DNA from: Macrostomum hystrix | Taxonomy: Eukaryota; Animalia; Platyhelminthes | Length of the DNA stretch: 64,000 bases | Assembly (NCBI GenBank): GCA_950097015.1 | Contig: CATNEN010000007.1 | Location: 12,648,001-12,712,000 of the forward strand | Direction: 5' to 3' | Part shown: in pieces, positions 13,186 to 25,770 of the stretch | Numbering within the stretch: the first letter of the stretch is position 1 | Layout: each line of letters starts with the position of its first letter | The notes under the pieces: model-generated | Told to the model about the DNA's origin: nothing | What the model saw: only the letters and a program-made list of their open reading frames with translations | Databases searched by the model: none | Translations under genes and position numbers: made by a program

Positions 13186-16100
13186 CTAGTCCGTCAGGCA
13201 GGCCGAGCTGTCCTTTGGCTTGGTGGACTGCTCGCTGCGGTTGCTGCCGAGTCGATTGCGCACTGCCATGTAGGTTGGGAACTGGATAATCTTGGTGATG
13301 GGATTCACCTCGAAGATTGGCTCGTTGGTAAAAATCTGCTGCTGAAATTTGATGAAATTATAGAAAAAATATTGAAAAATTAGCAGCGATCATGTATTTT
13401 GTCATCCCAAGCTGTAGGCAGGGTGTCATTGTTCCAGGAGACTTACGTCCTGGTTCTCACGCCGCCATTTAAGAACTGCTTCATCTTCCCCGAATCTGCT
13501 GGAGCAGGAGATTATGTAGCTGTCGCCGCGCGTACTGGGTCTAAAATTGCAAGTTTAAAACGTTGATTCCAAGAAAAGAAAGCAAATAAAAACAAGGAAA
13601 TCGACTGTCGCTCACTTTGTTAGAATTAGGCACTTGATGGGTGACTCAGACACCTTGTTGCGCACAGTCAGCATCAGGTTGTAGTCGTACGGCTGGTCGA
13701 CATTCACGATATTCTCGAATGGCTGCAGGGCCGTGGCGGTGGAGCTGGCGGCGGTCAAGAAAGGCGACGGCTTCGAGGGCTGGGATCCCGGGGTTTCCGT
13801 CTCCTCGGCAGAGGCAAAGCACTCATACGGTGACTGCTTCACCGCATCCCCATGACCCGAAACTGGACTCGACGGCGTCTCCTGCGCAGCTTTGGACGCA
13901 TCAACAGCAAGAGCAGCTTGAGTAGCAGATGAGAGTCCGTCAATTGGGCTGGCTGAATCGGATCCTTTAGCATCCTCGAATACGTTGTCGCTCTCCTCGT
14001 CCTCGGTAGCGACGCTCTGCTGTTCGGTGGCGTTCTGACGCCTTGGACCCATGTGCTCTGTAGCGCTAATGGTCGGATCCGTGAGCGTTGCCTTGTCTTG
14101 CATCTCCACTCGTGAGCTCTCGCCACCCATCTGAAGGAAAATCTCCAAATGGAAGGCGTCTCTTTCCACGATTTCATCGTCCAGGCGTAGGTCCAGTACC
14201 TTCGGATCCTCCGAATCGTACTTGCTCTTTCGCACCATGATCTGCTTCCTGTGGTTGCTCAGCGTTTGGCAGCTACGTGACATACGGTGAGCACGCGGCG
14301 CAGTGCGCGCGTGAGCCGGCGAGTTGTAGGGAGAAGCTCTGGGAGTCGACTCATCCGATGCCTCTCGCTTCAGCACTGCCTTGGTAAGCGGCTGGTCCAT
14401 TGCACTGAGGTACTTCTCAACCTTCTCCTTTACTGTTGACCGACTCATCAAAGTATCCGGCCGCTTTGCTGACGTGTGGTTCCGAAGAGCGTCGGAAAGG
14501 CCTGAAGACACAGTCTTTCTGCTGATGTAAGAGACGGTGAATACAACAAGGTCACCGCTGCCAGTGCCGACCCACAGCGAGTCTTCGAACGGCAGGATGG
14601 ACGTGATCCGACACGGGTTGAAGAGAGTCTCATCGTCCTTGCGGAAGATGGGATACTTCAGCTCCTTGACGTCATACAGAAGGCAGCACGTCAGCGTGTC
14701 TTCGTCCCACAGCTCGATCACCGAGGAGCCGCGGACTGCAATCCAGATGCCGAAGCGGTTGCGCCTGAGGCACAAAATGGAGTCGAAAGGATTGTTGGAC
14801 ACGTGGAATTTTTCCTTCGGATCGAGGCTCTCCGCGTCAAGCAGTTGGACGTAGTTTCCACACGCCACCCACAAGTCCGTGTTGACCAGCAGCAGCGACG
14901 TCAGCGGTGAGGTGCTGAGATTCACGTAGAAGATGTTGTTGTTCGGCTCATCGTGGCCCACGTGGTCTAGCACAGCCACTGAACCGTTCGCCAAGGCGGC
15001 AAAGACGCGATTCCCGATTCGGTCGGAGGTGGCACTGGCGCAGATGTCCAGCACGGAATCGTGGATGCGGCACTGCCACAGGCGCTCCCTAAAAACAAGA
15101 TGACCGTAGCCTTATATATTTGCTTTTAGCAGCTGCTGTATCAGTGATTGCAGATCCAATCAGAAACCAACTTACTCTGCCTCGGTGTCGAATGCGATGA
15201 TGTACATGTTGAGTGTACCCAGCAGCACAACATTGGCATCCAGGGCGCACACGCACATGACGCGAGAGTCAATCTGTTGAGTTGAGGTGCATAATAGCCA
15301 GGGGTTAGAGGGATACAGAACAATGAGCACATGAGCCGAATAAAAAAATCTCGACTGAAGCGCACCTCCTCGCGCAGGTTGTACATGAGATTCTCCTCAG
15401 GCTGCAGCTTGCAGATCCGCGTCCGGTTCTGGTCCCCGTAGCAGATCCATGTGTTGCCTTCGCCGAAGGAGCCGCCGCACTCGATGATCGGCCGGTCGAC
15501 ACTTCGAGTCTCCATCTCGCGGAACTGAAAGGAAATTTAATTTTGAAATGTCTTCTGTCATTGTAGCAAATTCTTTGACGGTAAATTGGCTAGTGATCTC
15601 ATTATTTTACTTTCAAGAGCGTAAGTTTCCAGAATGGCCGAACTGTTCAGTTTGGTAACCAACCCCTGATTAATGAGCGCCATTTTCAGTAGAATCTTAT
15701 AGACTGTCACGTAAGGATGCACCCAAGACTGAAACTCAGGACTGGCGAGTTCTTCAGTCTTCTCTGCACTGGTCCTTCGGTAAAGTGTCGAATGAATATC
15801 AATGATAAAAAAGCTTCCTTACCAAACCCTGCTCCAGCGGCTATTGAAATGTTAAATCTCATTAATTTGTTGAGAATCATCAGCAAAGCAATACTGAAAA
15901 CGCACTTTCACCCAGCGATTAAAACTTGAATCAATTTAATTCAGTAGTAAGTTTCCGGCCAGCAACCAGCGGCTGATGAAGCAAAGAAAACAAGCCACCG
16001 AATCACTGCACAGTTCCCCCATACAATGTCCGGGCATTTCCAATCGCTGGCTACTTGCCGTTCGGTGAGAAAATCGGCGAAAGCTTTCGTAGGCCATGGT

Positions 16101-19100
16101 GGCCCGTACAGTTAAATGGCGCATTGGCGAGCTTTGCAGTCTGTGGCTCTGCAAATCGGGTTATTCAGGTCGGGAAGTCCTCGGGCTGCTCTCTCTGTCT
16201 GTTAATGAGGCTTGAGCATTGGCTAAACAAGTCTTGACGTCAGTGGTGGCAGTACACGCGACTGACACTTTGTGAGGTGGCTTACTTAGAAAAGGAGGCT
16301 CATTCAGTAAGGGAAAGAGGTCCAGGCGGACAAAAGTAAATGCTTTGTTTACGACATAATCTTTTACTAGTACAAAAGCGCCAGCTTGCACTTGCAGCTG
16401 CGAAATCTAAATTGCGAGCTCCCAGTTTGAGCAGTTTGGCAGTTTTGAGCAGTGCAGCAGACGCTGTCGGGGTAGGCAGAGTGGCTGGTGATTGTCGAGC
16501 AACAGAAAGCCGGACTCCAAGGTAGGGTGCCAATAAGGTTATAAGGTAAGTAAGGATACGCGAGGGTAAAGTGAGGGTTCCGTGCAAGTGTGGAGAGGCC
16601 AGGTGGACTCACGCGCTCCTCCGTGTCATTGTAGGCCTTGCGCTTCTTCTTGCGCCGCTCGTCCTGCTCGATGAGCGAGTTGATGAAGCAGCTTTGCTTC
16701 ACGGTGATGTCCTTCCTGTGGGCCATGCCTGGCAGCTCTTCGAAAGCGGCCTGAGCAAGGCCCTCTACGTCGAAGGTGAGCTTGGCGGCCGCCTTCAAGT
16801 GTTTCCAGACGCTGATGGTGTCCGTCTGCTGCAGCAGGATCTTCTCGTGCAGCTTCAGGATGCCGAGGGTGAAGCGGAACAGCACCTTCGGGCCCTCCAG
16901 CAGGAAGCAATCCCAGATGCGCAGCAGCGCTTGGAACGGCACTGCGTCGAAGAACACGGCCAGGAACCAGTTGAGCGTCACGGTGGAGATGTCGATCTCC
17001 AGCTCCTCCAGGTGTTTGTGCAGCTCCGGCAGGTGCGACTTCAGCAGGTCCTTCAGCACAAGTTGATCGGCCTGAGCTCCGATGAGGTTGGAGGTGAAGT
17101 AGAGCGGGTGGAAGTAGGCCTCCGTGATGGCCACCAGCAGCCAGAAAGTGTCTTCCTTGCTGAGGAAGAGCAGCCCCATGCCGGCCAAGAAGTTCATGCC
17201 CTGGCAGTAGCCGATGGCCGGGTTGTGGATGCAGAAGGCCTGCAGAATCTCCTGCAGCTTCTGAATCTGAACAGGCGCGTGTGGGCATGGCGCTAAGAAT
17301 TTCAAGCAAAACAAATCCTTCACAGAGCCAAACCAGTGACTTAACTGAAGCTAAAATGAGTATGAACTGCACAGCTGAGCACACTCACCCCCTCCGAATC
17401 GTTTGAGTCGAACTTAATGTTGGTGGGCATTGTGCGCAGCAGGTCCAGCGAAATCTGCTTCCGGTGAATGCCGGCCACCTCCGAGTCGTGAATCTGCTGC
17501 GTCAGCGTGGTGTAGTAGTGACGGCCCTTCACCGCCCGGATCTCCTGGATGTGCGAGTGCACCAGCTCGCGCCACACCGCTGAGCGGAACATCCTCGGAA
17601 TGCCGTTGCGCACCAGACCCTTCAGCTCCTTCTGCAGGGGATTTTGAGGCAAGATGCGACACTTGCGCTATGCTCATTATCGAATGTATCATTGCCTAGC
17701 CTTTTACCGTCTTAGTGTAGCTGCGGGACGTGGAGATGAAGGTCTTCCACTGACGCTGGTGCTGCTCCCACCGGTCCAGCAGGGAGGTGTAGTGCTCGTG
17801 CAGCTGCCGGCAGATGTAGTGCAGCAGCAGCGACTCGTTCTCGTGGCTGTGCTTGAAGCCAAAGCTGTCCACGTGGCACTCCGATGCGGTCAGGCTGGGT
17901 TGGGAGAGACAAGTCAGTTGATTTTGCAATAAAAAAATAGATTAACCATTTCATCTAGAAATTTAGGCCCACTGTATGGTCCCGTCCCGTCCCGACCCGT
18001 CCCGACCCGTCCCGACCCGTCCCGACCCGTCCAGTCCCGTTCCGTCCCGTTCCGTCCCGTTCCGTCCCGTTCCGTCCCGTTCCGTCCCGTTCCGTCCCGT
18101 TCCGTCCCGTTCCGTCCCGTTCCGTCCCGTTCCGTCCCGTTCCGTCCCGTTCCGTCCCGTTCCGTCCCGTTCCGTCCCGTTCCGTCCCGTTCCGTCCCGT
18201 TCCGTCCCGTTCCGTCCCGTTCCGTCACGCCGTTAACCCGTCATGTCGGTCGAGACCCACACTAACCTCTCAAACGTCGGCAGCCGTGGATTGACAGTGC
18301 GGGCGTCCTCGAGCAGCTCAGTCAGGCGCTCCCGGTGCTGAAGTGGGTGATAAGCGAGTCGGGAGTGAGCGAATAATTTCCTTATCGAGAGTGCTCCATT
18401 GTTTCCAAGCTTTACCGAGTTGGGAGATTGTACAGGATCAAGAATTAGCAGGGAGAGAGTGGAGTGGGGAGTTGTCTCGAGAGGGTTTGCCTGAGCAATC
18501 AGCAGAGTCAATCAGCAAAAGTCTCTCGCTTTCAAATTAAAAAAATGAAATTGCCGCATAGAAAGAGTTCTGTCTCTCAATAGAAAAGCTCTGATTTCCT
18601 GAATGCAGGAAAGAGAATCTAAAGAAGAGATCGCAGGGATTTAGAGCCAGCTGATTATATTTTCTTCTATTTCTCAGCGCACCAGCTGGGCCTCACCCTG
18701 TGTCCGCCATAGACGTTGAGCTCGAAGCCGTCAGACACATCGCCGGTGGGCACGGTGATGCAGGACTGCAGCAAGAACAGGTAGTCCCGCTTCCAGTTCT
18801 CAATCTCCAGCTTCTGCTCGCGGTAGATTCTGCAGTGAGAAATGAGTACGGCATGAGTCCGCTGCTGTTCCGCTCCCCAGCCGTCGCGCCAGCTCACCTG
18901 TCCTGATTCTTGAACTTCTCCAGCTCCATCTGGCGCAGGTTGGTCAGCTTCTTGACCTCATTGTTCAAGAAGCGATTGTTGTTCTGCAGGATGCGACACT
19001 GCTCCTCCAGCTGCTTCAGGTCCGCAGTCTTGGCATTCATCCAGTCCCGCATTGCTCTGGAAAAAGGCGGCATGGTGAGCGATCGTCAGAAAGCCGGTGC

Positions 19101-22100
19101 GAAGGTCACTGGGGAGGTTAGGACCGAATAATATTGAGCAGGGGGACTCACGACTCGGACTTAAAGCTCGGCAGGGCAGTCGAGCGGTTCCGCATTGTTC
19201 TGGAATGGTTGAGAAGGTCGGAGTGGGGGAGATTTTCTTAGAGGCTGCGAACTTAAATCCGCAATGGCAGCTTTAAGCACTCAGAGCAATAAGCAGCAGG
19301 TGCACTGTACAACAAAAGCGGTGATCAATGTTAAGCATGTCAATAATCTACTCAGAAGCGAAGCACGAAAGCCTCAAGGCAATGCTCTGGTGAGGAGTCT
19401 CGGCGACAGCCTTCGCTCCTGACTGCCTTCACCGGAGCTTCAAAGTGCTGCGGCACGAATGCATGCGGGCCGCCACCAACGCGCAGAGGGGGTCCCACCA
19501 CCGCGAGGAAACTTTACAGCAAACTGCTCGCATGGGAGGAGAGGAAGACCGACAACTCTGGAGAATGTTCCCCAGCATTCGAAGGAAACGGTCTCAGAGG
19601 AAGTTATTAGTTTGCTTCTCAATGCTCTGCTTTGAGCAGACAGGCGGGGAAGTACCGGAAGATTCTGAACCCGGCGTCCAGGTGGAAATTGGGCGAGGCG
19701 TCGGCCGACCGGGAGCGCTCGAAGTACCTGAGGTACTGGTAAATCGGCAGCTTGCTGATGACACTCCGCTCCCAGAGGTGCTGCTGTGAGGAGGCTGCGG
19801 CGTTGGCATCCGCTCCCCCGGCCGCACCGCCTGCCTCCCTGGGCTCTGGCGGCTGTCCGGAGGCGTCATCGTCGAAGGCGGCAGCGCTAGAACGACAAAC
19901 AACCAGCGTGCGAGCTTGCCATGAAAGTCTGCTGCTATGTGAGCTATCAGTAAAGACTGGCCACAGACTGGCCCCCCACAGAGTTCCCAGCACACTCAAA
20001 GCCAAGGCCGGCATGCAAAGAGCGAAGCGGGTGAGGCTGCACAGCAGCTGGGGCGATAGCAGCGAAACGACGTCGTATTCGAAAAGGTTATTCGCATTGG
20101 TGAGGAGGGAAAACAAAAACGGTAAAATGTTAGGAAAGGTGGATTACCCCTTCTCCTGGTGCTCAGACTCAAGATGCTCTAACCTGCTGAGCCTCAGGTC
20201 CAGTTCCGCGATCTGCGCATCGCGCTTTTTCAGCACCTCCTTCAGCGCCGTGTCCTGGTTCATCATCTCCGCCAGCTCCTTCTTGCACCTTCTGCAAGTC
20301 GGGGAATGGGTGGTAAGAACCAAGACTTTTTCAACTAAAGTGCTCAGAAGCTCAGAAATGCCATACTCCATAGCGGAAAATGCGAATGAGAAACATCAAT
20401 GCGAAGCTGAGGCTGACTAAGAACTCACATGAGCTCCTGCTCCAGGTCGTGCACCCGGTTGCTCGGGTCCAGCAGTGAGTCATCGGACTGTGAGCTGCTG
20501 AAGGAAAACGGGTTGGAGGGCGGCCCGAGCCGGTGAGTTGTTGCCTGGCTATTTCGTGCGCTGGCATTCGAGCATTCGCTACAGTTTGAGCTCACAGTCT
20601 GAGCACTTTCTTCTGTCTGCAGTTGCGCCCAGGGACCAGCCGCACCGCTGCGGTGCCAGTGGGGTGGAATGCAGATCCCGGGGCTTTAGTCTGGCCTTGA
20701 GGAATGTCTGTCTTTAGTGTATTGTGAAGCGAGTTGGGATCAGGGAATAGTTGTTCCTCACGCAGGAGACGAGACAGGGCGTTGGGGGCGATCGCAACTC
20801 AACGTGTTGAAAACCCAGGGGAGGAGCCACTGTCTGAGCCCGGGCGGGGCATTGCGCTAGAAAGCGGTCAATAGTTCCGTATTTCAAAATGGGAAATTGG
20901 CCTCTCCTTCCCCGGTAAATACATGCGGCAATTAGTCTAGAAAAACAAATCCCATGACTCAGAAGTTGGGCGGCACGTTCTATTTCATGACGAAGCAGCG
21001 AAAAACACAAATTATTTTTTTCCGGAAAATGGGCTGCTTTAGAAAACTGCAGAAACAGCGAGAGCGGCACTAACAGCGGGTTTCGGGCGTCCTTGTTGCT
21101 GCCGTCGATACCGGAGTCCTCGCTGCGCGGCTTGCTGCCTCTGGGCTGACCGGCTGGGGCGCAGCTGCCAGCGTAGGCCGCCCTCCGCTTGGGCGACTCG
21201 TCCACCAGGCTGTCATAGTTAAAGGCCTCCGCATCCGAGCCGCCGTCCGAGTCCTCCTGATCGTCGTCATTGAGGCCCCCGCCCGAATGGCGGGGTCCGG
21301 TGCGGGCGACGCCGCTGGTGAAGCTCTGCGACAGCGACAGGCCTAGGCGGCTTCCGAAGCCGGCGGCGGCGTCCTGTACCTTGCGGATTACCGGCGGCAC
21401 GCCGTTGCTGGAGTCTGCGGGAGAGCAGCGGCGAGACGGATTGCTAGACCGGTCCCACCCTGGTCCGCCCAGTAGCCTCAGACATCAGTAGGCAATCAGC
21501 ACCCTAGATTTTCTCAGAAACCCCCGCCCTGAAGTGCAAGCTGCGCGCACTCACTCACCGCCACCATTGTGCAAGACTGCAATTCATAGTTTCTTATCTG
21601 CTCATTGTTGCGCTGATCAATGCGGGAATAAAGTACAAAATGCGGCTACTGGGCTGACCGGATGAACGAAGCTAAACTGAACATAGAGAATTTCAAACTC
21701 TGATGGGTAAACAAAATCACGAATAAAACGACTCGGGTGACTTAACACAAGTATCAAAGGTGATAGACAGCTAGTTTGAGTAAATACAGAAGGCAAATCA
21801 AAGTTCAGCGTTGCTACTGAGTCAAGCATAATAATTGTTTTGAGTAGCTGAGCATGCTACAGCAATAACTGTCACGGTGCCGAAGAGTCGGCAGCGCAGG
21901 ACCACCCAGGAGGAATAAGAGCATGCCATAGAATCTCATGCAATTCGTGGAATGTCAGCAGAAATGTGATGAAACACTTGGAATGTCAGTTGTCAGGGGC
22001 TTGGCACCGTTTGATTGGGTGGATAGGAAAAAATCCCCGGCTAAGACCCCGATCTTGTTGATGGGGCCAGCCGCGCGTGCCCGCTGCGGCTGCATTAGCT

Positions 22101-25100
22101 TATTGCCTGCCCACCCCCCTCCGCCCCTCCGAGTGCGGCCGGCCTCAAAGTGCAGATCTGAAAAACTGCTTGTTTACGCCGCTGCTCCCGCTGCTCAAAC
22201 CCCCTCCCCAGTCCTCCGCGCTGACGCAGCTCAAAGTAGCCCTGAGCTCTGACTCTCCGCCCTTACTTGTTCGCCTCCTGCCCAGAGTTCTCAAAGCTGT
22301 TGTGTGAGCGGGTCTTGAGCATTTGTGAGCACAGCGGCTTCCGGCAGTCAAAGGAGAAATGAAACGGGGCCCTCGAAAGTCAGTAGGATTGGCACAGACA
22401 GACAGAGGCACAAAAAACTGAAAAATAACGCCGGACGCTTCCGGACTGCCAGAGCGGCTTGTGGCTGGCTCACCGCTGGCCGGGAAGCTGGACAGGCTGT
22501 GCGACACGCCCAGCTGGCCGCTGCGGCCCAGGCAGCTGCTGCCCGACAGCCCCAGGTCGACGGAGGGCACGGAGGCTGCAGGGTCAGGTTGGTGAGGGCG
22601 GGCCCGGGTGTCAGGTGAACTGAGGTGCGCTGGGGCCGCACAATTGCTGACTTGGACGAAACGTAGCCGGCAACCCATCAACATTGCCAGGTTAGAAAGC
22701 GCCAACCGCAGGTAGCAAATAACAGAAAAATTACCCAAAAATAGGTGCTTTCACCAGCATTTAAAAATTGTAAAATCCCAGCACCAAGGGTTTAGGGGTT
22801 GAAAATGGCGGCCTTAAACTGCGGCTCTTCGATCGCAGCGGCTTGGCACTTGCCCGCGAGCTCCGGACTGCTGCACTCAGCCGGCTGATCCTGGTGGTTC
22901 GGCGGGCTGGCCGGCAGCGCGACCGCGCCGGCCACTTCCGGTAGGAACTCGCAGTCAACCCAATCTTTGGTGACTTCCGGTGGCAGAGGTGAGAGGGCTT
23001 TTAATGATTATTCGCCCATTGCAACTGTGTCCGAGAGCCATAAAAATTCCCACAAATGGAAGTTTCTGTTGCAGACTTGTCTTAAGCAGCTTTGCAACAG
23101 CTTCCGCTTCTGCCATTCGGGATCTGATTTATCCAGGGAATAGATCGACAACTCACTTTCGTCTTCCTCCTCGATTGCGGAACGGGTCATCAGCGAGGAC
23201 GTCTGGTCCAGGGTGCTCATCCGAGTCATTCGGCGGCCCCCGGCTGGTCCGGAGGACATGCGGCCTGGAATCGAGCCCAGGCTGCTGCTGCCGTTGAAGC
23301 TGCCGCTCACGTCTGGAGCCGATTCGCGCTAAAAGGATTCGGGATTTCGGGAGAATTCTGTAAACGGTGCAGAATTTAAACCGCGTAGTTGATCGCGAAA
23401 CTGCGAAAGTAAACACTGAATGGTTTATGCACGAATTCTGGAATTCTGGCAAGACTGCAATCGCTAAAAATTTGAAATTAACATTAGTTACGCAAATGAG
23501 ACACACCAGGGAGCATTTGCCAATACCCAGGGACTGAGTCAGCGCGGCTGTGGCTGCAAAACCAAGAAAAAAGCTGCTAATTTTACGAGTCCGCTATGCT
23601 AAAGATGCGTTTCTTATCTGTTAAAAACTTTACTCAACCTCAGCCAACCAAAAAACCAACTGACACACAAACCAACCAACCAACCAGCACACCAACCAAC
23701 CAACCAACACACTAACCAACCAACCAACACACCAACCAACCAACCAACACACCAACCAACACACCAACCAACCAACACACCAACGAACCAATCAACACAC
23801 CAATCAACACACCAATCAACACACCAATCAACACACCAACCAACCAACAAACCAACCAACCAACCAACCAACCAACCAACAAACAAACAAACAAACAAAC
23901 CAACCAACCAACTAACCAACTAACCGACCAACCAACCAACCAACTAACCGACCAACCAACTAACCAACCAGCTACACAAAAACCAATCAAGTAAGCAGCA
24001 AATCAATAAATTAATTAAACAAAAAGGTGCAGGTCTCGGCTAGGTAGTGGATTATGCAATGTAATTATTAGCTTGGGTGCAGTAAAATATGCATTGGATC
24101 TAATGCGAGTTCGGTGCCTTTGTCTCTACCACATTACGGTTATAACTGGAGGTGCAATATCTTATCTTAGTTCTTAGGGCGCAACTGCACCAAAGTGGAC
24201 ACGACACGGCATGGCTGGATTTGTTCATGCTACTGTGGCAATGAGTCTATGAACATGAGCGAATAGGTGGCTGCATGCGGGCCAGTGACCCGGCTCACTC
24301 ACAACCCAGTAGTGGCTGTCTGTGTTATCGCTGAAGCGCTGAAATCAGGGGCAAGCATTTGAGGCATGAGGCAAAGATGCGGTGATCACCCAGGCTCTTA
24401 ATTACACTCAAGGATGCTGCTGGAAGCCCGGGCCTCACAAGAGCGCTCTGCTGGTTTTAATGACCGAGATTAGTCTTTTAATTAGTCCCCTGACCGTCCT
24501 CCAGTCCGATTTAATCTCTGACAATTTGCTGGCCGGGAGAAAACTGCCGAGCCCACCGCCCCAATGACTGCCTTCGTGGCAACAGCTGCGGACCGCGTGT
24601 CCCACGAACTGCCCTACCGACTCCGCGCATTCTAAGGGAAATTCAGCGCATAACTCCCAGATAGAGGGGCCGGGCTAGGGGTGGGGCAAATCGATAAGGC
24701 CGAATTCTGGCTCACGCGTGCCGTCGGCTGCCTTCGTGCAGGGGAGGGGCAGAAGTGCAGATTCGGAGCAGCAGGGGTGGGTGAGTAGCCCGGGTGGCCG
24801 CTAACTGCGGGAATCCAGCCCGGGCTCGGAGCTGGGAGGTGAAAAATCAGCGCCCAACAACGATTGGGAACTGCCGCTCCGTTGCCGCCTCCCCGCCTCC
24901 CCTGCGGCCTCAGGCGGCCAGCAATCCAAGCAGCTCTCCCCGAGTGCAGTAGCGGGCAGGCAGGACTGCTCATAAATTATCAACTATCTCGGCGTGCCTT
25001 CTGTAAGTCGCGTCGAGTGGAAAAGGGAAGTGCGGAAATGAGGAAATGCCTTCGAAGTCTTTCTTCCTGTAGATTTTTTTCCGCAAAATCTTTACTACTT

Positions 25101-25770
25101 GGGGAAATTTTCGGACCCTGGGCAGTTTTAGTGCCGTATCCTCACCCTCTTGTGAGCCAGGGCGAGCTGCTTGCTCATCCGCGAGTTCTCCGGCTTGAGC
25201 TCCCGGCTGGCGAAGGCGTCGCGGTTGGCCTGCAGGGCAAGCAGCCAGATCATCATGGACTCGTGGTTCTCAGCCTGCAGGATGAACTCCTTGCCCTCGG
25301 AGCTGCGGCAGAGTGGGTGATTCGGTGGAATGAGCTGCCATTTCACTGAGCACTCAGTCTAAATAAACTGAGCACTCTTAGCATGTTAGTAACGAGATTA
25401 TAACTTTTGAGAAGACAATGAGCAGTATGACGGTCAGTGAGCAAATGCTACTCACTTGATAACGAAGCTGTTCGGTTCATCAAAGTGCAGCGTGATGGAG
25501 GCGCCGCGTACATTGATGGTGCCCTGCGGCTCCTTATCCTTCTGCGCTGCCTCGTGTTTGTCCCTGTAAAAGTGCAGCTGGCACTTGCTCTCCTCGAACA
25601 CATAGTACTGGGGCCGCTTGGACTTGAAGCGACTGAAAGCTGCAAAAATTCGGTGGGATTTGGGTATGCTCAGCTTAACATTTCCCATATTGTGAGGTTG
25701 TAGGTGAGCGGGACTCACCTCCGGTGGGCTTGCTGTAGAGCAGGCCGGACAGCGAGTGCCAGCCGGACAT
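13186..25770 (-). CDS. TBC1D2: TBC1D2/TBC1D2B-like Rab GTPase-activating protein (PH - coiled coil - TBC) with C-terminal WD40-like beta-propeller extension, ~1583 aa
   Basis: 20 phase-consistent exons: 25770-25719, 25639-25456, 25302-25146, 23328-23157, 21414-21075, 20497-20429, 20291-20148, 19886-19728, 19199-19152, 19056-18898, 18829-18697, 18337-18267, 17894-17708, 17631-17389, 17266-16613, 15524-15366, 15273-15176, 15088-13616, 13540-13447, 13341-13186. PH (LSGLLYSK...[14 protein letters not shown]...[19 protein letters not shown]), coiled coil ([14 protein letters not shown]), DSFGF motif, TBC catalytic fingers ISLDLLRT and [25 protein letters not shown]. Confidence 0.9.
17979..18226. 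repeat. (CCCGT-TCCGT)n microsatellite in TBC1D2 intron
   Basis: Direct inspection. Confidence 0.97.
23642..23990. repeat. Degenerate (CCAA)n microsatellite
   Basis: Direct inspection. Confidence 0.92.

Noticed and set aside
16571-17296. Long antisense ORFs opposite GC-rich exons (also 5064-5531, 59705-61246, 47559-48176)
   Set aside because: Expected from GC3-biased codon usage on the coding strand.
24215-24262. Possible miRNA-like hairpin (tgttcat...atgaaca)
   Set aside because: Stem too short and imperfect, and no known mature miRNA recognised.
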